A stretch of 64,000 bases of DNA from Bacteroidales bacterium UBA5762 (GCA_002418865.1 DIEY01000100.1:2170-66169); one strand, 5' to 3'. Shown: positions 28,412 through 39,118, counted from the stretch's first letter. The notes: generated by a model not told the origin, from the sequence alone. Program-made: numbers and translations.

Positions 28412-28804
28412 ATGCGCAAAATACTATTTTTTATGAAAAAAATAATGTCCATCGTCTTTTTACTGCTCTCTCTTAATTACCTGGTGTTTGCCGATAATGG
28501 GAAGGATAATGAACAAAAGGCTTCTCAAAGCGAGCGGCCTACAGCAGATAAAAACATTTCGCTTCAAGGCAAAGTGATTGACCTGATTACTGGAGAAGCC
28601 TTAGCTGGGGCCGAAATCTGCCTTGTAGGAACAGATATAAAAGTTTTTACTGATTTAGAAGGAAATTTTAGCATACAACAGATTTCGCCGGGAAATTACA
28701 ACCTAATATGTTCACTCATTACTTATCATAAAAGTTTGATAGAAAACCTCCAAATTTCCGAAAAGGAAAATACGCTTAAAATAGCCTTGGAAGAAATCAA
28801 ATAA
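28412..28804 (+). CDS. small secreted carboxypeptidase-regulatory-like (CarboxypepD_reg) domain protein
   Basis: LQGKVIDLITGEALAGAEICLVGTDIKVFTDLEGNFSI. The alternative start at 28433 (MKKIMSIVFLLL) fits better with a TAGATTTG box at 28401-28408. Confidence 0.65.
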   Translation: MRKILFFMKKIMSIVFLLLSLNYLVFADNGKDNEQKASQSERPTADKNISLQGKVIDLITGEALAGAEICLVGTDIKVFTDLEGNFSIQQISPGNYNLICSLITYHKSLIENLQISEKENTLKIALEEIK

Positions 28805-29045
28805 TGCATTCTGGTTTTGGTTGTAGAAAGTTTGTGCTTATCATGCCCAATTTATAACCCAGAGGCTGTATAAAAATAAGAGAGCTCCATCCAAAACTCA
28901 TAGCCTCAACTTCTGCATATTTTTTAGGATGAGAATCGTACCATTTTTAGTTACATCCACATGCCGAGATAATTATTTATTGTCTTTTATGCAGCTTAGC
29001 AGTGAAAAATGATAGAAGAAAACACAAAAATCATTAGAAATGAGG

Positions 29046-32000
29046 CTATAACATATCAAGATAATTTTGGACCATACTTTTTATTTGTTGTGCACGTAAT
29101 GGTTTGATAAGGTAATCATCGCATCCGGCCAATAATGCTTTTTCTCTATCGGATGCCATAGCGTAGGCTGAAGTACCAATCACTGGAATGTTAGGGTATT
29201 TTTGTTTGATGAGGGAAGTAAGTTTTAATCCATCTATATCGGGTAGCCTAATATCCATGAATATTAAGAAGATATCGGAATGCTGGTTAAGAATTTGTAA
29301 TGCTTCACGTGCATCCCAAGCGTGATAAATCTTCATGTCTAACTTATGGAGCAGAACCTCCATATAGGCATAGTTGCTTGGTTCATCCTCTACCACTAAA
29401 ATGCTACAATTTTTTTCGTGCGTAGAGGTTGGCAGAGGTTTTTGAACCTGATTTTCTGGTTCGAGTGAATCTATAGATTGAAACGGAACAAAGGGAATAG
29501 TAAAATAGAATACCGAGCCTTTCCCAGGCTGAGATTCAACCCATATCTGGCCACCAAGCAATTCTATCATAGCTTTGCATACCGATAAACCTAATCCTGC
29601 ACCTTCGTGCCCTCTCGACAAGGAAAAATCAAGCTGATAAAACCTGTCGAATATTTTTTGAAGCTTATCAGACGGAATTCCTACACCGTCATCTTTAACA
29701 AAAAACTTCAAATTTCTCTTCTCAGGAATAAATCCCAGTGAAATTGTTCCGGCAGCAGAAAATTTTATGGCATTATCGAGAAGGTGTTGTAAAATGTTTT
29801 TTAGTTTTTCTTCGTCGGATTGCCATAAAAGATTGGGATCAATCTGAGTTTTTTGCAACATAAGCCCTTTTTCGAGTGCACGAGTAGAAAATTGCTCTAT
29901 CAGGTCGGTAAGTAGGCTATCTGGCGAAAAGGAAGAAATATGGAGTGTTTCCATTCCTGCATCTAATCGAGTTAGATCAAGAATATCGGTAAGGAGCTGA
30001 AGCAGACGTAAGCCACTTTGTTCTATGCCTTCTATATACAGCCGCATTTGGCTGGTATCGACATTGCCTTCGAGTAAAATATTGGCAAACCCCAAAATTC
30101 CATTTAAAGGGGTTCTGATTTCGTGTGACATGTTTTGAAAAAATGCCACCTTGAGTTTTTCGCTTTCCAGAACCTTGTTGAGGGCATCCCGAATCTCTTG
30201 TTCGGCTTTTTTACGATGCAAGGCCAAACTTAAATGATAAGAGATCTTACGGAAAAGCTCCAAATCTTCTTTTGAGTAGGCATCAGGGTTGGTATAATTT
30301 TGTACTACCATTACGCCTTCTTTTACCCCTTCTACTTCGAGAGGAATTCCCATCCATACTTCCGCAGGAGTTCCTATCATTTGAATAATTCCTTGCGAAG
30401 CCAGCTCATATATGTCTTGTTTTTTCAATAAAACTGCCTCACCCAAATTTATAACATAACCCGAAAGAGTACCTTCTGCAGGCCATGATTGAAAACCATC
30501 ATAATCGTCTTTAAAATAAGGTGATGAAAACTGTTGTGTAGAAGGATTGTAGAAAGCGACAAATAAATTCGAGCAATCCATGATTTTTCCCAATTCCTTC
30601 CTAAAGGTTTCAATAAATTCTTGAAAGTCGGAAAAGCGGGTAGCAGCTTCAACAATACGAAATTGAAGATTTTGAATCAATTCAAAGCGTTTTTGCTCAG
30701 TAATATCTCTGGCAGAACCTATAATAGCAACCACATTGCCCTCTTCATCCACTAAAGGCGATTTAATGATATCCAGATACATGTATTTTCCTCTCACATT
30801 GCCAAAATTCATATACCTAATCGGCTTACCGGTTTCCAAAACCTTAGCATCAGTAGCATACGAGGTTTCATTCAACGTAAAATATTGTGGATTTTCCCGA
30901 TGCGCTTCTTTTTGAAGTTCTATGAAAAAACTATTTTTTTGGCCAATAGCTTGTTCAATATCCGTAATACCTAAATAATTCTCACATAGGGCTTTATTTA
31001 CGAAAATATATTTCATGTCTTTATCCTTTACCCATAGCCAGTCGACGAGATTATCAGCTATTTTGCGAAATAAATTTTGCATTTCCCTATATTGCAGTTC
31101 GCTCTCTTTTAGCGAGTCTTCATTTCTTCGGCTGATAAAGGCATTGGTTAGAATTCGAGAAACCATTCTAAGCAACCAACTTTCATCTGTATCTAATGAT
31201 TTACAGAGATAATCATTAGCTAAACAAAAATATCCCATACCCTTACCTACATCATTCAAGATACTTACTAACAAAAAGTTGATTCCAAAAGGCTCGAGAG
31301 CTCTTCTAATTTTGCTTGACAAAGGCAGGCTGGTCAAATCGATAGTGATAATTTCTTCAGAAGTCAATTTAGCATCATACTCCTGAAATAAATCAATCGA
31401 TAAATTTGGATTAGTTATGAAATCAGTACCCACCGATGCATGCCATTGGTAAGATATATCCAATAAGCTTTCAGAATTTTTATTCAGAAGAAGAAAAGCA
31501 TGATCCATCGATATTTCTTTGCCTATAAGTTCTAGCATCCTATGAATCTGCTTGTCGAAACTCGAGGACTCTATATGGATATAATCTATGGCTACCTGAA
31601 AAACAAGCTTCTGAAGATTTTGTAATCTAGAAAGTTCTTTTTTTGCAAAAACACTTTCACTAATATTTCTTACAATGCTCAAGACACGGCGTTGACCGGC
31701 CGGAACGTATCTTGCCTCAAATTGTCGCAAAGAGCCATCAATAACCAACTCGTATTCAGCAGATTGAGGCTGCATGGTAGAGAGAGTTTCCTTCACCATT
31801 TGTTGAGTTAAACGTGCCAAATCATCAGGTAACACTTCTGCGGCCAATTTCCCAATAAAGTTCTCGGAAGGTAAAAGCAAATCATTTCGATTCGAAGCAC
31901 TAATATCGATAAACCTCGAATTCTCATCCAGTAAAAAGATCATATCAGGAAGAGCATTGACAATGGCTTTTAAACGCGCCTCTCTTTCGAGTAATTTGTT

Positions 32001-32900
32001 GTGTACGAGAGCATCTGAAACTAAGTCTGTGAGTAAATCACAAAATTCGATTTCCTCCTTTGTCCAGCTATAAGGATTCAATTTTCCAATTGATAGAATT
32101 CCTTTTAAAAAGGAACCCCTTTGAAAAGAAGTATGAATAAAGGAAACTATTTCATTAGAATGAAAAAAATTGGCCTGATAAAATGAAATGGTTTCAAAAT
32201 CAGCTACATCGGCTACAACCAATTGCCTATCCTTAAAAAGAATCTCAAGAAAATTTTTCTTTTCAACTCCTAAATCCTGTACACAGTTTTGAGGATTCTC
32301 GATGGCTTCATTTGTTATGGCAGAAATGCAAACAAGTTGATCTCTTTCATCATCCAACTTCCACAGACCAATAGAATCGGCATTAATCTCCGATTTTGCA
32401 TATTCCAGTAAAGAGTGGAGAAATTCTTCGAGCGACATTTCTGGCTTGAGCAATAATTTCCTGAAATTTTGAAATTCTTCCCTATAAGAAGAATGAATGG
32501 GCGATGCAAAGGAATTTGTCTCTGTAAACTGAGGGCTATCCATCCATTGAATAAGATGGATCAAAAGATTTCCATCAGCGAGAATATGACCTGAAATTGA
32601 GCACCATTTCTGTAGTTTAGCAGAATAAAAATTCTGCTGAAATCGTTGTTCGTTTTTCAATCTCAGGCTGACTTCATCCCATAAGGCATGACCACCAACC
32701 ATCAAAATCAAATCATACAAATGAAAATTTTGAGGTAAATTGCTCAAATACTGTCCAAAAAACTCACTCCCTGCAGAATTGCATTCTAAAACCTTAAAAT
32801 CGGCACCTAAGTCTTTTACGTCTACTAAGGGCTCAAAAAGAAAAACAGCATAAGGAGCTTCCCTAAAAATCAGCTTAAAACCATCTAAAGATTCACTCAT
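29046..32900 (-). CDS. cytoplasmic hybrid sensor histidine kinase/response regulator with multiple PAS and GAF domains
   Basis: No TM segment or signal peptide. H-box FFQNMSHEIRTPLNGI, HATPase_c G-boxes (DDGVGIP, GAGLGLS), C-terminal receiver (ILVVEDEP...FMDIRLPDIDG...DDYLIKP). Confidence 0.9.
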   Translation of the reverse strand: MSESLDGFKLIFREAPYAVFLFEPLVDVKDLGADFKVLECNSAGSEFFGQYLSNLPQNFHLYDLILMVGGHALWDEVSLRLKNEQRFQQNFYSAKLQKWCSISGHILADGNLLIHLIQWMDSPQFTETNSFASPIHSSYREEFQNFRKLLLKPEMSLEEFLHSLLEYAKSEINADSIGLWKLDDERDQLVCISAITNEAIENPQNCVQDLGVEKKNFLEILFKDRQLVVADVADFETISFYQANFFHSNEIVSFIHTSFQRGSFLKGILSIGKLNPYSWTKEEIEFCDLLTDLVSDALVHNKLLEREARLKAIVNALPDMIFLLDENSRFIDISASNRNDLLLPSENFIGKLAAEVLPDDLARLTQQMVKETLSTMQPQSAEYELVIDGSLRQFEARYVPAGQRRVLSIVRNISESVFAKKELSRLQNLQKLVFQVAIDYIHIESSSFDKQIHRMLELIGKEISMDHAFLLLNKNSESLLDISYQWHASVGTDFITNPNLSIDLFQEYDAKLTSEEIITIDLTSLPLSSKIRRALEPFGINFLLVSILNDVGKGMGYFCLANDYLCKSLDTDESWLLRMVSRILTNAFISRRNEDSLKESELQYREMQNLFRKIADNLVDWLWVKDKDMKYIFVNKALCENYLGITDIEQAIGQKNSFFIELQKEAHRENPQYFTLNETSYATDAKVLETGKPIRYMNFGNVRGKYMYLDIIKSPLVDEEGNVVAIIGSARDITEQKRFELIQNLQFRIVEAATRFSDFQEFIETFRKELGKIMDCSNLFVAFYNPSTQQFSSPYFKDDYDGFQSWPAEGTLSGYVINLGEAVLLKKQDIYELASQGIIQMIGTPAEVWMGIPLEVEGVKEGVMVVQNYTNPDAYSKEDLELFRKISYHLSLALHRKKAEQEIRDALNKVLESEKLKVAFFQNMSHEIRTPLNGILGFANILLEGNVDTSQMRLYIEGIEQSGLRLLQLLTDILDLTRLDAGMETLHISSFSPDSLLTDLIEQFSTRALEKGLMLQKTQIDPNLLWQSDEEKLKNILQHLLDNAIKFSAAGTISLGFIPEKRNLKFFVKDDGVGIPSDKLQKIFDRFYQLDFSLSRGHEGAGLGLSVCKAMIELLGGQIWVESQPGKGSVFYFTIPFVPFQSIDSLEPENQVQKPLPTSTHEKNCSILVVEDEPSNYAYMEVLLHKLDMKIYHAWDAREALQILNQHSDIFLIFMDIRLPDIDGLKLTSLIKQKYPNIPVIGTSAYAMASDREKALLAGCDDYLIKPLRAQQIKSMVQNYLDML

Positions 32901-33557
32901 TCAAAATAAGTATAGGAGTATTAAAAAGTAAAAAGTCTTCAAATTTCATAAAAGTTTTCGAAATCATCCAATAATTGTAATAATTGATTCAAAAAAGTTC
33001 TTTTACCTGACCAAAATACAGACACTTTCGACTCAATTAACAAATAATTTCACGTTCAAATTTAAGAATAAGATACGACAAATTTACAGATGCCATCAAC
33101 AAAGCATGAAAATTAGACTCCCTTTCACGGACTCCTAAAATAACCATAGTACCATCATGCTTTAGACATTAAAATATTTGACAAATAATGAAACCTATAT
33201 ATATGCAGCATCTCAAAAGGTACAAGAAATTTTACAGAAAACTAGCATAATGATTATTTGTTGCTTTTATGAATTCGATGAATTTTAACATTATGTAGCT
33301 CAGTAGCCCGCTTGCAAATGCGAAGGGAACAGACAAGCTTTTTCTCATTTAAAAAGAAGAGTATATTTCCTACTTATAAATTCAGAACTAATTATCTATC
33401 AGGAGAAATGCATTAAAGAGTAAACTACGAAGAGACTTGAGACTTTAGCTTTCTTTCGGTCTATTTCAATCTGCCCATTCATTAAAATCGATAAGATTTT
33501 TGAAACAATTTATAGAAAAACCGTCAAGTTCACACATCAGGTTGAGGGATAGAGATT

Positions 33558-34031
33558 TCAAACGACAGCTATAATAAAAACGATAGCCAGGGCAATGACG
33601 AAAATCATATTTAATAGGGTGCTGGTAATAAAACCAAAAAAAGAGCCTAGGCCCGAACGTAGAGCATAATTTAAATCTTTGCCCCCAATTATTTCACCCA
33701 GCATTGCTCCCAAAAAAGGACCCAGAATAATTCCCAAAGGACCAAAAAGAAAGCCGATTACTAGTCCTACGGCACTACCTCGAGTTCCATATTTGGTACC
33801 TCCAAATTTACTAGTGCCTATTACTGGAATGACGTAATCCAATAAAGTAATCAGCAATGTAGCAATTCCCCAGAAAATCAGAGTTTTTTGTGAAAACGGC
33901 GAAAAAGAGGTGAGTTGAAGTGCAGGTAAAGCCAGATAAGCTAAAGGAGGGCCAGCCAATATGGGGGCAAAACTACCTATAAATCCTAAAACCAATAAAA
34001 TCGCTCCTATAGTTATCCAAATCCAGTCCAT
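33558..34031 (-). CDS. DUF456 family membrane protein
   Basis: 157-aa polytopic, glycine-rich protein (MDWIWITIGAILLVLGFIGSFAPILAGPPLAYLAL). Confidence 0.7.
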   Translation of the reverse strand: MDWIWITIGAILLVLGFIGSFAPILAGPPLAYLALPALQLTSFSPFSQKTLIFWGIATLLITLLDYVIPVIGTSKFGGTKYGTRGSAVGLVIGFLFGPLGIILGPFLGAMLGEIIGGKDLNYALRSGLGSFFGFITSTLLNMIFVIALAIVFIIAVV

Positions 34032-34089
34032 TTTTAAAAAAAATTCAAAGAGTCAAATGTAATACTTTTGCACTGAAAAATAAAATCTT

Positions 34090-35319
34090 TTGGGTGCTGA
34101 ATTATTTATCGCAAGTCGTTTAGTTAAGCCAAAAAAGGAAAGTCTTTCGGGGCCTTCTATAAAGATTGCCGTAGCAAGTGTAAGCATAAGCCTTGCAGTG
34201 ATGATTTCGGCGGTTTGTATATTAAGAGGATTTCAGCAAGAAATACGCGAAAAAGTAAGCGGATTTGCTGCTCACATTCAAGTTCATTCATTTGTTAGTA
34301 GTGCCAGCCAAACCGAGAATCCACCAATGATTTACGATAGTGGATTAATGGTGAAATTAAAAAATTACCCTGAAATTAAACATATTCAAGCTGTAGCCTA
34401 TAAAACAGGCATCATTCAAGCCAATCAACAAATTTTAGGGGTAACCTTAAAAGGTGGAGGTTCCGACCTCGATATGCAGTTGATCGAAAACAAACTCGTC
34501 AAAGGAAGATTGCCTTTGCTGAAGGATAGCACGTTAAAATATGAAATTCTCCTTTCACAAAACATAGCTGATAAGTTACTTCTCGACACTGGACAAGACA
34601 TCCGCATGTATTTCTTGAACGAAGGAGAAAATTCACCTCGAGCACGCAGAATGAAAATCGTGGGCATTTACAATACTGGCCTCGAGGATTTCGATCAATC
34701 GTTTGCGTTTACCGATATTCGCCACATACAAAAACTTAATGGATGGAACAAAAATGAAGTAGGAATGATAGAAATCATCCTCCGAAATATTGATGAATTG
34801 GAAATAGTAAGCCGTAAAATTTATGAAGATTTACCTTCTAACCTTAACGTTACTAACATACATCAGACCTATCCCCAAATTTTCGATTGGCTCGAGCTGC
34901 AAGATGTGAATGTATTGGTTATTCTGATTCTGATGATAATAGTAGCTGCCATTTCGATGATAAGCGCTCTATTTATCATGATAGTTGAAAAAACTCAACT
35001 CATAGGTATTCTAAAAGCTTTAGGAGCGAGCAGTTTAAGCATTAGAAAAATATTCGTTTATACTTCAACGTTTATAGCCTTGAAAGGCATGCTATATGGA
35101 AACGCCATCGGCATTGGCCTCATGTGGCTTCAAAAGCATTTTCAGGTAGTAAAATTGCCCGTAGAATCCTATTTTATGGAGTACGTGCCTGTAAATCTTA
35201 ATTTAACTAACCTTCTTATTATCAATATTGCAACATTCATCTTATGCATAGGTTCACTTCTTTTACCCACCTTAACCATAACCCGCATTTCACCATTAAG
35301 AGCCATACGTTATCACTAA
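34090..35319 (+). CDS. FtsX/LolE-like ABC transporter permease (lipoprotein-release type)
   Basis: MacB-type topology: TM1, a large periplasmic domain, then three C-terminal TM helices with the FtsX motif (GILKALGAS). TTG start. Confidence 0.8.
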   Translation: MGAELFIASRLVKPKKESLSGPSIKIAVASVSISLAVMISAVCILRGFQQEIREKVSGFAAHIQVHSFVSSASQTENPPMIYDSGLMVKLKNYPEIKHIQAVAYKTGIIQANQQILGVTLKGGGSDLDMQLIENKLVKGRLPLLKDSTLKYEILLSQNIADKLLLDTGQDIRMYFLNEGENSPRARRMKIVGIYNTGLEDFDQSFAFTDIRHIQKLNGWNKNEVGMIEIILRNIDELEIVSRKIYEDLPSNLNVTNIHQTYPQIFDWLELQDVNVLVILILMIIVAAISMISALFIMIVEKTQLIGILKALGASSLSIRKIFVYTSTFIALKGMLYGNAIGIGLMWLQKHFQVVKLPVESYFMEYVPVNLNLTNLLIINIATFILCIGSLLLPTLTITRISPLRAIRYH

Positions 35320-35327
35320 AGGCCTTG

Positions 35328-35969
35328 ATGTGGATTGGCTTGCTCTTGTGGATTGTATTTGTAGCAGAAAGCTGTAAGAAAAAAGAGGCGAAATTTTATC
35401 CCAATGGTCAATTAATGTCGGAGATTGAAATGAAGGGGGATAAGAAGCATGGTAAAGCCATTTATTATTACCCTAATGGGGTAATTCAACAAGAAATGAC
35501 TTATAAGAATGGAAAACCCGATGGGGTATCCTTTCGTTTCAACAGTATGGGAGGCCTTGAAATGGAAGAAAATTATCAGGAGGGATTGCTTAATGGATAT
35601 GTACGCCAGTATGTTGCAAATAAAAAGAAGGTCATGGAAGCATTCTATGTGAATGATACCTTGCATGGGGACTATTTTGAATGGCATGAAAACGGAATGC
35701 CCAAGATTACGGGACATTATTTTAAAGGCTTAATGGATGGAAAATGGGAGTTTTATGACGAGAATGGTTATCAATTAGGCGAGGCCAATTTTATAAAAGG
35801 AGATGGCATCCAGAAATCATGGTATCCAAATGGACAAGTACAAAGAATAATACAATATAAAAACAATCATAAAGAAGGCAAACAACAGGAATTTTCAATT
35901 GAAGGAAAGCTTATCAGAGAAGTTATCTACCATAAAGATAGTATTATTGAAACGAAGCAACAGGAATAA
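35328..35969 (+). CDS. MORN-repeat (YwqK-family) lipoprotein
   Basis: ATG at 35328 gives MWIGLLLWIVFVAESC. Repeated G-x-x-x-x-YYPNG / W-x-ENG MORN-variant units. Confidence 0.7.
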   Translation: MWIGLLLWIVFVAESCKKKEAKFYPNGQLMSEIEMKGDKKHGKAIYYYPNGVIQQEMTYKNGKPDGVSFRFNSMGGLEMEENYQEGLLNGYVRQYVANKKKVMEAFYVNDTLHGDYFEWHENGMPKITGHYFKGLMDGKWEFYDENGYQLGEANFIKGDGIQKSWYPNGQVQRIIQYKNNHKEGKQQEFSIEGKLIREVIYHKDSIIETKQQE

Positions 35970-36012
35970 AAAAAATATCACTCATTAGAACCTTTCTAAA
36001 ATACGATAAAAG

Positions 36013-36043
36013 TTTGGCAGATGAAATATAAGCCATAATTTTG
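36013..36043 (+). promoter_or_regulatory. Bacteroidota-type promoter of gdhA (-33 TTTG / -7 TAATTTTG)
   Basis: TTTG (36013-36016), a 19-nt spacer, then TAATTTTG (36036-36043). This matches the TTTG-N19-21-TAnnTTTG consensus. Confidence 0.6.
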
Positions 36044-36116
36044 CATTGTGAATTAATTAACAATGTTTTTGTATAAACATCAAATACATCGACAACCCTC
36101 ATAAAAACTTAATAAT

Positions 36117-37451
36117 ATGAATTTAGAGAAAATAATGTTCAATCTGGAGAAGAAGAATCCAGGTCAGCCTGAGTTTTTGCAGGCAGTGCGCGAAGTGCTC
36201 GAGAGCATAGAAGAGTTTGTGAACGAGAATCCACAATATGATTCTCACAAAATCATCGAGCGTCTAACAGAGCCCGATCGTATCATACAATTTCGAGTAT
36301 CTTGGGTTGACGACAATGGAGAGATCCAAGTAAACACCGGATATCGTGTACAATTTAATAATGCCATTGGCCCTTATAAAGGAGGTATTCGTTTTCACCC
36401 CAGCGTAAATCTGAGTACTTTGAAATTTTTAGGTTTTGAGCAAATTTTCAAGAACAGTCTGACTACTTTACCTATGGGTGGAGCAAAAGGTGGCAGTGAT
36501 TTTAATCCTAAAGGGAAGAGCGACAATGAAATTATGCGTTTTTGCCAGGCATTTATGTCGGAACTGTGGCATAATATAGGTCCCGAAATGGATGTACCTG
36601 CTGGTGATATTGGTGTAGGTGGCCGTGAAATTGGTTACATGTATGGGTGGTGGAAAAAATTAACCAGAGAACACAACGGCGTACTTACGGGCAAGGGTCA
36701 TAACTGGGGTGGATCGTTAATTCGTCCCGAAGCCACTGGTTTTGGAGTGGTTTATTTTGCCAACGAAATGTTGAAACTCCAAGGAAGTGACATTAAAGGA
36801 AAAACAGTAGCAATTTCAGGATTTGGCAATGTGGCATGGGGTGCAGTAACCAAAGCCACACAATTGGGAGCAAAAGTTGTTACCATTTCAGGCCCCGACG
36901 GGTATATATACGACCCAGATGGAATTTCGGGTGAGAAAATTAATTATATGCTCGAACTGAGGGCATCCAATAATGATATTGTTAAACCTTATGCTGAAAA
37001 ATATGGTGTTGAATTTTTCGAAGGAAAACGTCCATGGGAAGTTAAATGCGATGTAGCATTACCTTGTGCCATTCAAAATGAGCTTGACGAAAACGATGCA
37101 CGTAACTTAATCAATAATGGAGTAAGTATTGTATGCGAAGGTGCAAATATGCCATGTACACCCAATGCCATCAATCTTTTCCATCAGCATAAAATCCCCT
37201 TTGGACCAGGAAAAGCCGCTAATGCTGGTGGTGTAGCCACTTCAGGGTTGGAAATGAGCCAAAATAGCATGAAGCTGAACTGGTCGGCAGCCGAAGTAGA
37301 ACAACGTTTACATGAAATAATGATCAATATTCACAATAATTGTGTAAAATATGGGAAAGAAACCGATGGTTATATTAACCACGTAAAAGGTGCCAATATT
37401 GCCGGATTCATTAAAGTGGCCGATGCAATGATTGACCAAGGAGTTTATTAA
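36117..37451 (+). CDS. gdhA: NAD(P)-specific glutamate dehydrogenase
   Basis: Glu/Leu/Phe/Val dehydrogenase signature LPMGGAKGGSDFNPKG and dinucleotide fold GFGNVAWG. Confidence 0.95.
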   Translation: MNLEKIMFNLEKKNPGQPEFLQAVREVLESIEEFVNENPQYDSHKIIERLTEPDRIIQFRVSWVDDNGEIQVNTGYRVQFNNAIGPYKGGIRFHPSVNLSTLKFLGFEQIFKNSLTTLPMGGAKGGSDFNPKGKSDNEIMRFCQAFMSELWHNIGPEMDVPAGDIGVGGREIGYMYGWWKKLTREHNGVLTGKGHNWGGSLIRPEATGFGVVYFANEMLKLQGSDIKGKTVAISGFGNVAWGAVTKATQLGAKVVTISGPDGYIYDPDGISGEKINYMLELRASNNDIVKPYAEKYGVEFFEGKRPWEVKCDVALPCAIQNELDENDARNLINNGVSIVCEGANMPCTPNAINLFHQHKIPFGPGKAANAGGVATSGLEMSQNSMKLNWSAAEVEQRLHEIMINIHNNCVKYGKETDGYINHVKGANIAGFIKVADAMIDQGVY

Positions 37452-37467
37452 TAAAGTGTTTTTTTAT

Positions 37468-37501
37468 GAGCGCAGCCGCCCCAATTGGGGCGGCTGCGCT
37501 C
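37468..37501 (+). terminator. strong intrinsic terminator of gdhA
   Basis: GAGCGCAGCCGCCCC-AATT-GGGGCGGCTGCGCTC (15-bp perfect stem) followed by ATTTCTTTC. Confidence 0.8.
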
Positions 37502-37656
37502 ATTTCTTTCCCTTCTCTTCCCCCTCATCAATTCACTAGATTCCCTTCCAAACTTTTCCACCCACCCTTTCCACCTCATAACCAATCCATGCGTCTAATA
37601 AATAATGAATGTTCTATCAAATTCTCATAATTTTGCCCTTCTGAAGTATTATACTT

Positions 37657-39117
37657 ATGAACATTCAACTTAAACAATACTATACCTACCAAGATTTCAG
37701 CTCAAACTGTGCATTCCTGCTTTCATCGCTTGAAGATATTCCCGAAAATTGGCTGAGTTCTGACGAAGCATACTATTTACAACGAATAAAAACAAATTCA
37801 CCTGACGAAATAATTTTCCCTATTAACCGAGCTAATTATTCATGGTTCTTTATCTTACCTCAGCCAGATGAAAACATAGCAAAATATCTCGAAAACATTC
37901 GTTTGGCCGGATATCGTCTTAACAAATACACTCGTAAGCAAGGGATAAAAGAATTAAATATCTCTTTGTTTCATTCATCTTCGCATAATTTGTATGCCTT
38001 AGCCGAAGGCATCATATTAAGTGATTATTCATTCCAAAAATATCGAAATAAAAAGAATAAAGTGAACAAGCTTCTGGAATCAGTCTATATCTTATCAGAA
38101 GATTTCACCGAAAAACAAATTCAAGAACTTCAAATCATAACTGAAGCCGTTTACTTTTGTCGCGACCTTGTTAATGAAATTCCTAGCAAGTTAAATGCAG
38201 AAACTCTGGCCGAAGTGCTTAAGCAAAAAGCCGAAGAAGTTAGTATGAGGGTCGAAGTGATGAATAAGGAAAAAATAGAGTCTTTAAGGATGGGAGGCTT
38301 GTTAGGTGTAAACAAGGGAAGCTCTATTCCTCCCACATTTACTGTACTCGAATGGAAGCATCCGCAAGCCATCAATCGGCAACCCATCGTATTTATAGGA
38401 AAAGGAATCACTTTCGACAGTGGTGGCATGAACATCAAAACGGGCACATATATGGAAAACATGAAATCAGACATGGCAGGAGCAGCTACAGTTGCCTCTG
38501 TTGTGATAGCTGCCGCCCGCTTATCTTTACCCATTTATGTCTTGGCCTTTATACCAGCTACCGATAACCGCATCAACTCAGACGCCATTGTTCCCGGTGA
38601 AATCATCACGATGTATAACGAAACAACCGTTGAAGTGGTCAACACCGATGCCGAAGGAAGATTAATTTTGGCAGATGCCTTAAGTTATGCAAGCAAGTTT
38701 GATCCTTTACTCACAATTACAGCGGCTACGCTCACAGGTGCAGCAGCCCGAGCCATAGGAAAATTTGGCATCGTAGTTATGCAATCGAAAGCCAAGGCCC
38801 AACTCGAATGGCTCAAAAAAAGCGGAGAGGAAGTTTATGAACGTTTGGTCGAATTTCCTTTATGGGAAGAATATTTCGATTTGATAAAATCGGATATAGC
38901 CGATATAAAAAATTCAGGCCCAGCCGAAGCAGGTGCTATTACGGCAGGAAAATTCCTCGAATATTTTACTTCTTATCCTTTCATTCATCTTGATATTGCA
39001 GGAACGTCATATACCGAAAAACACGAAGACTATAGAGGGATTGGAGCCACTGGAACGGGAGTGAGACTTTTGATATCCTTTCTCCAAAATTTTATTCAAA
39101 ACACTCAAAATCAATAA
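37657..39117 (+). CDS. pepA: leucyl aminopeptidase (M17)
   Basis: M17 signature NTDAEGRLILADAL and GKGITFDSGGMNIK. Confidence 0.9.
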   Translation: MNIQLKQYYTYQDFSSNCAFLLSSLEDIPENWLSSDEAYYLQRIKTNSPDEIIFPINRANYSWFFILPQPDENIAKYLENIRLAGYRLNKYTRKQGIKELNISLFHSSSHNLYALAEGIILSDYSFQKYRNKKNKVNKLLESVYILSEDFTEKQIQELQIITEAVYFCRDLVNEIPSKLNAETLAEVLKQKAEEVSMRVEVMNKEKIESLRMGGLLGVNKGSSIPPTFTVLEWKHPQAINRQPIVFIGKGITFDSGGMNIKTGTYMENMKSDMAGAATVASVVIAAARLSLPIYVLAFIPATDNRINSDAIVPGEIITMYNETTVEVVNTDAEGRLILADALSYASKFDPLLTITAATLTGAAARAIGKFGIVVMQSKAKAQLEWLKKSGEEVYERLVEFPLWEEYFDLIKSDIADIKNSGPAEAGAITAGKFLEYFTSYPFIHLDIAGTSYTEKHEDYRGIGATGTGVRLLISFLQNFIQNTQNQ

Positions 39118-39118
39118 T

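Noticed and set aside
33295-33335. tRNA-like string GTAGCTCAGTAGCCCGCTTGCAAATGCGAAGGG
   Set aside because: Only a D-arm-like GCTCAGT is present. It has no complementary D-stem, no T-arm (GTTCGAAT-type) and no acceptor pairing. It is not a tRNA gene and at most a degenerate remnant.
35328-35969. YwqK-family 'antitoxin' as part of a toxin-antitoxin system
   Set aside because: No toxin partner is present. The protein has its own lipoprotein signal and consists only of MORN-type repeats.
8992-37501. The GC-rich hairpins at 8992-9028 and 37468-37501 as copies of a REP-like repeat family
   Set aside because: They share only short GC strings (GGGGCG, GCGCAG). The stems and loops differ. They look like independent terminators.
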